Assembly (NCBI RefSeq): GCF_001194135.2
Contig: NC_068996.1
Coordinates: forward strand, 9,874,873 to 9,929,110
Length of the DNA: 54,238 nucleotides
DNA from: Octopus bimaculoides
Lineage: Eukaryota
Direction of reading: 5' to 3'
A program made the position numbers and the translations under genes. Below the pieces are notes generated by a model. That model did not search any database and had not been told where the DNA came from. It worked only from the letters and a program-made list of their open reading frames with translations. This document shows, one piece after another, positions 23,929 through 36,064 of the stretch. Position 1 is the first letter of the stretch, and every line of letters starts with the position of its first letter.

Positions 23929-24773
23929 ATACATCGAAATTGAACCAAATTTGATGACTGGCACATGTGCCAGTGGAGCGCTAATAGTACCAACCGAGCA
24001 GGATCACTGCCAGAGCAGCAGTCTCGCTTCCGTGCCGGTTGCACGTAAAAAGCACCATTTGAGCGCAATCGTTTCCAGCTTCGCCTTACTGGCACTTGTG
24101 CCGGTGGCATGTGAACAAAACATTGGACTGACTCCTGTTCAAGTGGCATGTAAAAAACACCATTTGAGCGTGGCCATTGCCAGTACCAGCGGACTGGCCC
24201 TCGTGCTGGTGGCACATAAAAAGCACCCACTGCACTCTCAGTGTGGTTGGCATTAGGAAGGGCATCCAGCTGTAGAAACTCTGCCAAATCAGATTGGACC
24301 CTGGTGTAGCCATCTGGTTTCACCAGTCTTCAGTCAAATCGTCCAACCCATGCTAGCATGAAAAGCGGACGTTAAACGATGATGATGATGATCATCATCA
24401 TTTAATGTCTGCCTTCCATGCTGTCATGTGCTGGATGGTTTGACAGGAGCTGGTCAGCTAAAGGATTGTGCCCAGGTCTACTGCCTGCCTCAACAAGTTC
24501 CACCTGACCCATGCAAGCATGGAAAAGTGGATGTTAGATGATAATGAGTGTGTGTGTGTATGTATGTATATCATTATTTTACTGTCTGTTTTTCCATGCT
24601 TGCATGGGAAGGATGGAGTTTATTGAAGCAAATTTTCTATGGCCCGATGCTCTTCCTGTTGCCAACCATCACCTGTTTCCAGGTAAGGTACTTGGAAAGT
24701 GAATATATAATTAAATTTTACATAAACATAATTGAACATCAGAAAATTACTATTTTTAAATCTCACAACGAGA

Positions 24774-24912
24774 GAGTAAAGATTGTTTGCCAACATAACA
24801 TGGCAGATCATGTCGTATAGCCAGCTGGAGACGATGTCTCCTGGGGCTAAATTACAGCAACATTCATCCTAAACCAGGACTGCCATATTATGTTGGCATA
24901 CAATCTTTACTC
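24774..24912. mobile_element. 139-bp MITE with 33-bp imperfect TIRs; inverted partial copy at about 43168-43275
   Basis: gagtaaagattgtttgccaacataacatggcag pairs with ctgccatattatgttggcatacaatctttactc. Confidence 0.8.
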
Positions 24913-24950
24913 CATGCCTGAAGAGTACAGCTCTCTCTCTTTCTCTTGCT

Positions 24951-24996
<46 letters not shown>

Positions 24997-25001
24997 CTCT
25001 G

Positions 25002-25032
<31 letters not shown>

Positions 25033-25091
25033 AAATGCATTCACATTCATTAAGATTTGATTATATATTTCTTTCTTTCTTTCCAATGTAG

Positions 25092-25220
25092 CGTGAAGAA
25101 GCGTTGCTCAGTGAAATGGATGTTACTGGCCAAGCATTTGAAGACATGCAAGAACAGAATATGCGTTTGCTTCAGCAGTTAAAGGAGAAAGATGATGCCA
25201 ACTTCAAGTTGATGTCAGAG
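25092..25220 (+). CDS. BRE1: BRE1 exon [43 protein letters not shown]
   Basis: atgtag acceptor, GAG|gttggt donor; hallmark BRE1 motif; missed by the ORF track. Confidence 0.97.
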
Positions 25221-25759
25221 GTTGGTGGATTTACTGACTCTTATTTTATTTTTACGGACTAATTTGAGTAGAAATGTGTCAGTCGATAGGAGAATGAGAT
25301 ACATCATTTAAGACTGGGGTTCATGTAACAAAATATTAAATTGGGGAGCCACAATAGTATTCCAAGGGCCCCGAAAAGCCTTTGCTTTAGATGTGGGTAC
25401 TGATGTGTATTGCAAGAAACAGCTAGGTGTTTTTTTTTTCTCACATTTTACACAAGTTAATGCGTGAAGAACAAAATAGAAATTTTGAAAGAAGTGTATA
25501 TAAAACTTGTTTTTAAACATCAAATGATTAGGTAGGGTCCACCAAAATAGAATAATAATCAAAGGGGTCCAAGGTAAAAATATGATTGAGAATCCCTGAT
25601 TTAAGAGATATCTCTGTCTTCCATGCTGGCATGGGTTGGACGGTTTGATTAGAGTTGGGGAGCTGCACCAGGTTCCTTGGTCGTCTGTTTTGGTTTAGTT
25701 TCTATGGCTGGAAAAGCCCTTCCTAATACCAACCAAGATAAAATAGCACACAGAGCATA

Positions 25760-26130
25760 CTGAGTGCGTTTTATGTGATACCAGTACTGTTTCTTTTCAC
25801 ATAACACCGGCATGGGTGCTTTTTTTTTTATGTGTGTGTCACTGGCATGGGTGCCAATTTATGTGACACTTGTACTGGCACATGTGCTTCGTATTTAGTA
25901 GTGGCCCATGTGCTCCTGATGTGGAACTGGCACGAGTGCTTTTCTATGTAGAACTGGCACACGTGCTTTTTATGTGGCACCAGCACGAGTATTTCTTCGT
26001 GTGACACTAGCATAGATGTTTCTTTACGTTACACTAACACAGGTGTATTTTACATGGCACCAGCACAGGTAATTTTTACATGACATAAACACATGTGTTT
26101 TCTGCATGGCACCAGCATGTACATGAAATG
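25760..26130. repeat. Degenerate 22-24 bp tandem array related to the RTE 3'UTR motif
   Basis: About 15 variants of ttttatgtggcaccagcacgagtg directly adjoining a family B fragment. Confidence 0.7.
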
Positions 26131-27658
26131 ATATTGGTTATTGGTTATGTGTTGTAGAGATTGACATGAGTGGAGGAAATTGTCACACATCACTTTCATA
26201 GCATAAGTTATCTGAAGGTATGTGTATACACACAAACTGAATGATAATGATTAATGGCTCAGATAATAAAACAATTATATAAATATATACACTCCGAAAG
26301 TGTAGTGAGTGCCGGTGGCACGTAAAGCACCCACTACACTCTCGGAGTGGTTGGCGTTAGGAAGGGCACCCATCTGTAGAAACTCTGCCAAATCAGATTG
26401 GAGCCTGGTGTAGCCATCTGGTTTCACCAGTCCTCAGTCAGATCGTCCAACGCATGCTAGCATGGAAAGCGGACGTTGAACGAGGATGGTGATGAGGACA
26501 TCTGTCTATACAAACATGTTTTGTATGTGTGTATATATCTATATACACATGCATATACATATACAAACATGTATGTATGTATATATATATATATATAATA
26601 ATATTATTAGGGACAAAATCCAAAATTACAGGTAAAAAACTCAATTAAAATCAATTTATAAAAATTAAAATTAAATTGAGCCTTATAGATAAAGTATATA
26701 TAAAATATATATAGTTTTAGGGAAAATAACCAATTTTCAAGAACTCATCGATGAAAATCCACTATCACATATAGAAAAATTAATAATTAAAAGCACAATA
26801 AATGAGTATAATATAAAGTAAAGTAAATATCATAAGATAAATATAATAAAAAGATTACACGTGTTTCATAACCAATTTTCAAATAGAAAAGAAATTTAAA
26901 TCGATTAAAATCAATTGAAATTATCGAAAATAAGTTCTATTCAAAAATATAGNNNNNNNNNNNNNNNNNNNNNNNNNNNNNNNNNNNNNNNNNNNNNNNN
27001 NNNNNNNNNNNNNNNNNNNNNNNNNNNNNNNNNNNNNNNNNNNNNNNNNNNNNNNNNNNNNNNNNNNNNNNNNNNNNNNNNNNNNNNNNNNNNNNNNNNN
27101 NNNNNNNNNNNNNNNNNNNNNNNNNNNNNNNNNNNNNNNNNNNNNNNNNNNNNNNNNNNNNNNNNNNNNNNNNNNNNNNNNNNNNNNNNNNNNNNNNNNN
27201 NNNNNNNNNNNNNNNNNNNNNNNNNNNNNNNNNNNNNNNNNNNNNNNNNNNNNNNNNNNNNNNNNNNNNNNNNNNNNNNNNNNNNNNNNNNNNNNNNNNN
27301 NNNNNNNNNNNNNNNNNNNNNNNNNNNNNNNNNNNNNNNNNNNNNNNNNNNNNNNNNNNNNNNNNNNNNNNNNNNNNNNNNNNNNNNNNNNNNNNNNNNN
27401 NNNNNNNNNNNNNNNNNNNNNNNNNNNNNNNNNNNNNNNNTATATATATATATATATATATATATATCAATCATCATCAAAACCAGAACAGGATCCATCC
27501 TCTTTTTTCATTTTCAACATACACACACACACACAATTTGGCTCTTGTAGAATTATCAAACTTTCTTAAATTAAATTAAATTCCTAGTTTTTTTTTGTCT
27601 CTTACTTTTGTATTCTTTCATGTCTCTTTCACTTTCTCGTGTGTCTATTTGTGTGCAG

Positions 27659-27831
27659 CGCATCAAATCGAACCAGATACATAAATTGCTACGTGAAGAG
27701 AAGGATAGTTCTGCAGAACAAGTAGCTACGCTTCATGGTCAAGTGCAGGCACAGAACCAAGTGGTACGAAAGCTTGAAGAGAAAGAACGCATCCTGCAGA
27801 ACAACCTTGCTACAGTTGAAAAAGAACTCAG
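27659..27831 (+). CDS. BRE1: BRE1 exon [16 protein letters not shown]...TVEKEL(S)
   Basis: gtgcag acceptor, AG|gtatga donor; phase 2. Confidence 0.96.
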
Positions 27832-28002
27832 GTATGAGTGTATGTGTGCATGCATGCGTGTGTGTGTGTGTCTGTGTTCATTATTCAAGGCAGCATGGCA
27901 GTATGGTTAAGAAATTCATATTGTAGTCTTGTGGTCCTGGGTTCAAACCTGTCACATGGTATCTTGGCAAGTGTGTTTTATCATAACTTAGTGGGTATTA
28001 CT

Positions 28003-28850
28003 CCTGGAAAAGTACAGGACAAGTTATTACACCTGGAAAAGTATAGGAAAAGCTATTACTTCTAGTAAAGTAAAGAATAAGAAACTTTTTACTTAAAATA
28101 ATGCAGCAAAGAATAAAATTTGAAAATATTATAAACTAAAAATTACACAAGTTATAATTAATTGTTAGCAAAAAATACAAAATTTTTTAATTAATCATTG
28201 TACATCATAAAATAATTATAAAATAATTAAAGCTAGATTTTAAAAAAATTTTATAATATACTATTAAAATATAGCAAATAATTAATTATTAAATAAATAG
28301 AATTTTATTCAAGCTATTACTAAAGAATTTGATTACTATTTATAAGTACAATTCCAATTTACATATATAAAAATTTAAAATTTATGTAATACTTTTTAGA
28401 TTTTATTTTTTAAATATTCTAAGGTATAAATTTTTGCATCTTTTGTTATTGCAATAGAGTGCAGTTAATTAATCATCAGCTAATTAGACAGTTCCCCTAA
28501 TTTTTCATTTTTTAAAATTACTTTTTGTAATTACAATAAAATTCAGTTAATTAATCATCAGCTTATTAGCCAGTTCTTGTAATTTATCACTCTTTACAGT
28601 TCTCATCTTTTAAATTTATTGTACAAAACTTTTCAGCTAATTTGTATGTTTGTCTGATTAGTCACTTTTTTCTGTATTTAAGGTAGTAAATTAGCCAAAT
28701 TCTACTTAAATAAGTATAGTGTTATTTGTAAACTATAATAAAATCATTTTTAATATTCAAATTTTAAATTTTAGCTGCAATATTTTAAGTAAAAAAGTTT
28801 CTTATTCTTTACTTTATTAAAAGTAATAACTTGTCCTGTACTTTTCTAGG
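28003..28850. mobile_element. AT-rich long-TIR (foldback/MITE-like) element
   Basis: cctggaaaagtacaggacaagttattac...aaagtaaagaataagaaactttt...acttaaaata at the left end is mirrored at 28740-28850; the first ~29 bp are duplicated on the left. Confidence 0.75.
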
Positions 28851-29523
28851 TTTATAGCTTTAAGAATATTATTTTTCATGTTCACATTTTTCCATGTAAT
28901 CCATGATTTTTCCAGGCATTGCTGTTATAAGATAATTAATAATGTGTCAATTAATAATTTAATTATAAAATACTGAAAGATAATATTTCAATTTTTCCAT
29001 GTAAATGATGATGATATTTCAATTTTTTTTCATGTTTAATTTAAATATATGTTGTGATTCAATCATTTGATATCCACATCAAATTAATAGCAGGGATTTT
29101 TACCTTCTTGTGGTTGCACCTGGCTCACCAAAAGTTACAAAAAACAAGACCCCAAAACCTAGATTTTGAGCTGGTGATAATAGCATTGATTGCTGCTAAT
29201 CTAGATCTATCAATAATTATTCAATACAAAAGTAATTATAAAAGCATATCAGATATACACAAGTTAAAATTACCTACATCCCATTAATATAAATTTGAAA
29301 AATCGCTTTTAATTAATTTTGAAATTTAAAAAGTAAATTTAGAATATAAGCACTTTTAACCAATGCCTTTTCTGGACAACCTCACTACATGCCTTCAGGT
29401 CTGCCCATAGAGACATGGTCAAAAATGATTATATTGCTGCCCCAATAAATTTAGATGCATATATTTTTATATACATATGTATGTATTCAGCTTGAACTGT
29501 TCCTTCTATTTCTGGATTTTCAG

Positions 29524-29701
29524 CCTACGTCAACAAGCCATGGAGATGCACAAACGAAAAGCAGTCGAAAGTGCTCAGGCAGCAGCTGATCTGAAGTTGC
29601 GCCTTGATAAATATCAATCACAGTTGAAAGAGGCCCAAGTTGCTGTTGCCGAAAAGACTGCACACTTGGAGAAGGAATCATTCAAATTTAAACGGATGCA
29701 G
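29524..29701 (+). CDS. BRE1: BRE1 exon (S)LRQQAMEMHKRKAVESAQ...FKRMQ
   Basis: tttcag acceptor, CAG|gtaagc donor. Confidence 0.96.
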
Positions 29702-29980
29702 GTAAGCTCTAATTCTTCAACTGCAAAGTGATATCTTTACCTGCACCTGTGTATAGTCAAATTAATGGAGACACCTCTGATGAGAATCCAATAAGGTTTG
29801 AAAATCAATAAAGGCAGTACTCCAGCATGGCTGCTGTTTAATGACTGAAACAAGTAAAAGGTAACATATATAAATGGAAGATATGCCTAAACATATTTGC
29901 TTCCTACCCATTGTGTCCTTTTATCATACCTTACTATTTTTACCACTCAATGCTATTAATCTGTATTCATGATCTTGCAG

Positions 29981-30082
29981 GAGGAAGTAGCAAGCCTTCG
30001 ACGTAAGCTTGAGCGTTCAAAGAAAATAGAGATGGCTGGTGCTGCTGATGAAGTTCTCATGGAGGAGATAAAAGAGTACAAG
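29981..30082 (+). CDS. BRE1: BRE1 exon EEVASLRRKLERSKKIEMAGAADEVLMEEIKEYK
   Basis: ttgcag acceptor, AAG|gtaagt donor. Confidence 0.96.
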
Positions 30083-30162
30083 GTAAGTTCTCGAGTCAAC
30101 CTTGATCAGCCAGGCCAATGGCTTTCCTGTCTTTGTATGGTGATTGTGTGCATATGTGTGTA

Positions 30163-33139
30163 TCATCATCAATTAACATCCATTTTCCATGCTGGCATGG
30201 GTTGGACGGTTTGACTGAGGTCTGGAGAGCCAGCTGCTGCACCAGGCTCCAATCTGGTCTGGCAGGTTTCTACAGCTGGATGCCCTTCCTAACGCCAATC
30301 ACTCCGAGAGTGTAATGGGTGCTTTTACGTGCCACCGGCACAGGAGCCAGTAAGGCTGGCCTGGCCATGAACACATTCAGATGGTGCTTTTTACATGCCA
30401 CCAGCACAGGAGCCAGGCAAGGGGTACTGGTATTGGTCACAATCGGTTGGTGCTTTTTACATGCCACTGGCACAGGAGCCAGTCAGGCAGACCTAGCATT
30501 GACCATGTTCAGATGATGCTTTTTACGTGCCATTGGCACGGGAGCCAGTCAGGGGCACCAGCTCCAGCAACGATACTGGTTTTACTTGACTCAACAGGTC
30601 TCCTCAAGCATATCATATCGCTCAATGCATCAAGAGTATTCTTAACAGGGCTGGACGTGCATGGCTGCGATCTCACTTCGCTTGCTGGGTCTTCTCAATC
30701 ACAGTGTAACTCCAAAAGTCCTGGTCTCCTGTCATTGCCTCTGTGAGGCTCAATGTTTGAGGTTCCTTCTACAGTTAGGGAGTGGCACTTCCTTACACAG
30801 CTATCCTCATCCATACGTAACACATGGCCATACCAGCGCAATCGCCTCACTTGCACACCACATTTGATGCTTCTTATATCCAACTTTTCTCTCAGGGTGC
30901 TTACACTGTCGTGTGTGCACTCTGACATTACACATCCAGTGGATCATACTAGCTTCATTTCTTTCAAGCCTACGCATGTCCTCAGCATTCACGGCCCATG
31001 TTTCACTGCCGTGTAGCATGGCAGTTTGTACACACGCATCATACAGTCTACCTTTCACCCTGAGCAAGAGGCCCTTAGTTGCCAGCAGAGGTAGGAGCTC
31101 CCTGAACTTTGCCCAGGTTATTCTTACTCTAGTCGTTACACTCGCAGAGCATCCACCCCTACTACAGACTTGGATGCTTAGGTAGCAGAAACTATTAACT
31201 ACTTCTAGTTTCTTCCCCTGGCATGTGATGCAATCTTTTTTCTGTACATCTTCAGTGTTTATTGCCCCAGTGCATCTGCCACACACAAAAACTAGCTTCC
31301 TGGTTAATCTTCTTTTGATATTGCTGCACCTTTTATGTGTCCACAGCTTACACCAGGTACATCATATGGAGTTTCTACCCACGTCTTTTCTACAAATTGA
31401 ACAGGGCCATCTACCTGAAGTGGGTTGTGATTTGACAGCCTTCCTACTTACCAAGACTTTGGTTTTGGCTAGGTTAACCCTAAGGCCCTTCAATTCTAGA
31501 CCTTCCTTCCACACCCTAAACTTCAACTCCAGTTCTGGCAGTGACTCGGCTATTAGAACAAGGTCGTCAGCATAGAGGAGCTCCTAGGGGCAGCCTCTCT
31601 TGAATTCCTCTGTTATTGCCTGGAAGACTATAATAAATAAGAGGAGGCTGAGGACTGATCCTTGGTGAACCCCTACATTTACTTGGAATTCTTCATTATA
31701 CTTGTTGCTGACCCTCACCTTACTGTCAGTATCCCTGTACAAAGTTTGTACAGCTCTTACCAGCCACTCATCTATCCCCAGTTTCTGCATTGGCCACCAG
31801 ATAAGAGATTGAGGGACCTTGTCAAAGGCTTTCTCCAAGTTAACAAAAGCCATGTACAAAGGTTTATCTTTGGCTAGGTATTTCTCCTGCAGCTGCCTTA
31901 CCAGAAATATAGCATCAGTGGTGCTTCTGCCTGGCACAAAGCCAAACTGCATCTCATCTAGGCTAACTCTCTCCCTAATTAGTTGGGCTATGATCCTCTC
32001 TGTAACTTTCATCACCTGATCCAATAATTTGGTACCCCTGTAGTTATTTCTATCTAAAGCATAACCTTTCCCCTTGTTGCAGTTGACTATGGTGCTGTTA
32101 CACCAGTCATTGAGTATGTCTCCTTCATGAACTACCTGTGGGTGACAAGACCATAACCCACACCGCCCACTATTTTAANNNNNNNNNNNNNNNNNNNNNN
32201 NNNNNNNNNNNNNNNNNNNNNNNNNNNNNNNNNNNNNNNNNNNNNNNNNNNNNNNNNNNNNNNNNNNNNNNNNNNNNNNNNNNNNNNNNNNNNNNNNNNN
32301 NNNNNNNNNNNNNNNNNNNNNNNNNNNNNNNNNNNNNNNNNNNNNNNNNNNNNNNNNNNNNNNNNNNNNNNNNNNNNNNNNNNNNNNNNNNNNNNNNNNN
32401 NNNNNNNNNNNNNNNNNNNNNNNNNNNNNNNNNNNNNNNNNNNNNNNNNNNNNNNNNNNNNNNNNNNNNNNNNNNNNNNNNNACGCAAGGGCAGCATCAT
32501 CCATGCAGACACATTTCTCTCCTATGACATCATGGTTTTCTCTCACACTCTGTCTTACAATCCGAGATACTTCAGTTCTTTGGTCGTCCTCATGTCACTG
32601 AACATTGGCAAACTTCTTTTCTGCTACTCCCTTGGCTATATATACCTGTCTCTTAGCTTCCCTTTTGACTATCTGATGCATTCTCCTGCTACCCCACTCT
32701 TCCAAGCATTCCAGGCCTATTTCTTTGCTCTAATGGCCCTGTCTACAGTATTGTTCCACCACCATGTTACTCTGGGTTTGGGAGGGACTTTGCACCAGCC
32801 ACAGATGTGGTCTGTGACACTCAGCAAGTTGTCTCACAGGAATTCCCAGCTGCCTTCTATGTCACAGCACTGTCGCTCTTCCTCCTTATCATCAAATTTC
32901 TCGGTAAAGATACCCCTAAATCTCTGACCATGTGAAGGGTGCCTAAGCTTCCAAGTCCTTCTTTTCCAGATTGGTCTGGTTTTAGGCATCCTTCTGGCCT
33001 TGAGTCTAAAGTCACTAATGACTAGTCTATGCTGGGGGTTACATTCTTCACCAGGGAGGGTCTTTGTATTTAAGAGCAACCATGCATCCTGCTGTCTGGT
33101 GAAAATGAAATCGATCAGGCTAGTGGAGTCACCTGATGT
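30163..33139 (-). mobile_element. 5'-truncated, inactivated RTE-clade LINE (end of AP endonuclease, reverse transcriptase, 3'UTR) in the last BRE1 intron
   Basis: IDFIF...HRLVISDF (APE end); QFGFVPGRSTTDAIF, GVHQGSVLS and GCP*ELLYADDL (RT with premature TAG); RLRWYGHV; frameshifts; N gap 32179-32482; family B tail. Confidence 0.95.
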
Positions 33140-33574
33140 ATATATATGTATATATATCCACATTAATATCAAACAATGAGAATGGGACATTCATCTCCAT
33201 GTTGTAGATGAACATCCCATGTGACAAACTTGAATAATAATTGAGAGATATCTCTCTCAACATGAAACAAAACCAATGGTAGTCTAGTTAAACCATGAAT
33301 AAAGAAAAAAATACTATCAATCTATCTATCTATATATATATATACATAGATAGATAGATAGATATGTGCCCTAATTCTTCGAAGCGCTTAGTTTAGAATA
33401 GGGGCAGCTGATGAAGGAAATATTCTCTATGTGGCCTGTTTGTTTTCTGTGCTCTGTTTATGTTCTGTTTTTCATTTTGTCCACGTTTTTTGTGATGTCC
33501 TATACCCAGATATGCATCTATATATACATGTAGATGTAGGTATGTACATACATGTACGTATATATGCATATACT

Positions 33575-33627
<53 letters not shown>

Positions 33628-33695
33628 TTGTAAATATATGTTATGCATATAATGATATTCATATAGTAATTTTCTATTTCTTTCTCTCTCTGCAG

Positions 33696-33872
33696 GAGCA
33701 ACTGACCTGTCCGTCCTGCAAGGTCAAGCGTAAGGATGCTGTGCTGACCAAGTGCTTCCATGTGTTTTGCCTAGAATGTCTAAAGACGCGCTATGAGACT
33801 CGCCAGCGTAAATGCCCCAAGTGCAATGCTGGGTTCGGTGCCAACGATTACCATCGATTATATCTCACCTAA
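33696..33872 (+). CDS. BRE1: BRE1 terminal exon, C3HC4 RING finger [58 protein letters not shown]
   Basis: ctgcag acceptor; all eight zinc ligands present; TAA stop. Confidence 0.98.
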   Translation, partial: EQLTCPSCKVKRKDAVLTKCFHVFCLECLKTRYETRQRKCPKCNAGFGANDYHRLYLT

Positions 33873-34210
33873 ACAAACTTTCACATTCGACGAGTGGAAT
33901 TTTTTAATCGGGAGTAGATTGGAGTATTTCATTTTCCGCGGGGAAATTTTCATGTGTGTTTGCGCATGTGTTAGAATGAGTGAGTGTGCATGTATGTTTA
34001 TCATAGGCTGAGTTTTGGAATATAAAAGAATGTTATCATCACTACCAGCTACTCATTGCTACTTGTGAACTGTATGTAATGAGTCGATTGTTTTTTTTTG
34101 GAAGCAGGGCAGTTTGTGTTTGACAGACTAAAATAAACTCATGTTTACTCCCACTCCCCTTTATATAGATTCTGGAGGTTATATATATACATATATATTA
34201 TATATACATA

Positions 34211-34245
<35 letters not shown>

Positions 34246-36064
34246 NNNNNNNNNNNNNNNNNNNNNNNNNNNNNNNNNNNNNNNNNNNNNNNNNNNNNNN
34301 NNNNNNNNNNNNNNNNNNNNNNNNNNNNNNNNNNNNNNNNNNNNNNNNNNNNNNNNNNNNNNNNNNNNNNNNNNNNNNNNNNNNNNNNNNNNNNNNNNNN
34401 NNNNNNNNNNNNNNNNNNNNNNNNNNNNNNNNNNTTGCAATATCCTCCACGTGTAATTGGAGTTTGTTTTTATGACGAAATGTTTGCTACAAACAACCAT
34501 TACTGATTTGGTGGAAAGTCAGAAGAAATGTGGATGCTCTACCATCCACACGCCTTTCAACTCAGTGACGATCAATGTTTCATGTGTATGTTTCTTTTAT
34601 GTGTGCATATATCTATGTATCTATCTATCTATGTATCTGTCTATCTATCTATATGTATATATATATAACCCATACCAGCATGGACAATGGACATTAAGTC
34701 ATGATAACGATGATGATGATATATTTATAGATAGATAGATTGATATATAGATATACTTGTATATTTATTTGTATGTTTGTGTATATGTATGCACATGTAT
34801 TTTTCTATATATACACACACACACGTGTGTATGTTTTTGTTTTAGTTCTTCCACTTCTTTGCAGTCTTTGTTATTATTTTACATATACATTTGTTGGCGC
34901 TAAATGTTTTTGTTTTCTTTTTTACTTTTGCTCCTGTTGGCATTCACTGTTGCAATACGTTCTCATAGCTCATGTGTTCATTTTTTTTTTTTGTTCCATC
35001 TACCCCATTTGCCAAGTTCTCTGTTCACAAGACATGTTTTCTGTTTGTAAACTCTTCTTGTGCTCTCCATAAAGATTACTCTATGTCCTCGACTAATCAT
35101 GTTTTGTCAGTCCCTGATAAGAGAACTGTCATTTGTCGTCTTGTTGGCACAGACTGCATGGTCTTTATTTAAATCATTGATCAATTCGCAAAATAGAAAC
35201 CTTTCCCGCTCTCTCTCTCTCTTATTTTATTTTTCAATGTTACCACTGATATGCCCGATTTGTACCTAATTCAAATGTACCAAATTCCCCTTTGTGCATA
35301 AGCAGGGTACTTGGTTTCAGTTTTAAATCATTTCTCATGTTCTAATTCACAAAATAAAATTCCTGCTGTACATCATATCTGTTGTGTTTATATCTGAGAT
35401 TTTTGTTTTTCTCTGTTTCTTCATGGTTTAGTCACAGGTCTTCTAAGGTGAGATCAATTGATTGCAAAGTCAATGCTTGGTTGAACCTATGTAAATCAAT
35501 GTCTACAGCAACAATGTGAATAAGAGGCAAATTCTAGAGGATTGACATTTTGGAGATGAAGGATTAGTTGAGGTGATTATGGTTTGAGGATTTGGTAACA
35601 CGGTGTGTAGATGTGCCAAATATAGGTGGTATGTAAAAGCTTCTGCAAGGGAACAGATTTGTGTTGTAGAAGCAATGAATGGAGGAGGAGGAGGAGACTG
35701 ATTCTATTGGTTACATTCTGTAGTGTGTTACTTGTGAATTTTTTTGCCAATAAATCAATAATTAGAGCTGAAGTATTTTCTGCTACTGAAGAAGAAAATT
35801 AGTGATTAAGATGTACTTTGAGAATGATATGGATTGGCAGTCACCAGGAAACATCAATAGCAATTATAAGACTTACATCATTTGCAGACACTGTAGGTAT
35901 TGTGTGTTGTCCAGATGTTAAAGAAGATAATGTATTAGGTTGTTCCCTTGTTTTGTGAGGTTGCTGTGTCTTTGTACCATAGAAAGAGACCAGGAGCTTG
36001 ATTCACAGATATTTAACCCTTTTGCATTCAGATTACTTTGTCAGATGTGTATGAAGTGGGATGT

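Noticed and set aside
29770-29825. CTGATGAG...GAAA hammerhead-like string
   Set aside because: Stem II is weak and wobble-rich, and there is no NUH triplet followed by a stem I partner
33400-33450. ggcagctgatgaagg motif (also minus strand at about 6265) as a hammerhead 5' core
   Set aside because: No GAAA follows stem II in either copy; reported only as a repeat fragment
33900-35760. Candidate BRE1 polyadenylation signals (AATAAA near 34133, 35354, 35748)
   Set aside because: AATAAA is frequent by chance at this AT content and I cannot choose among them without 3'-end data
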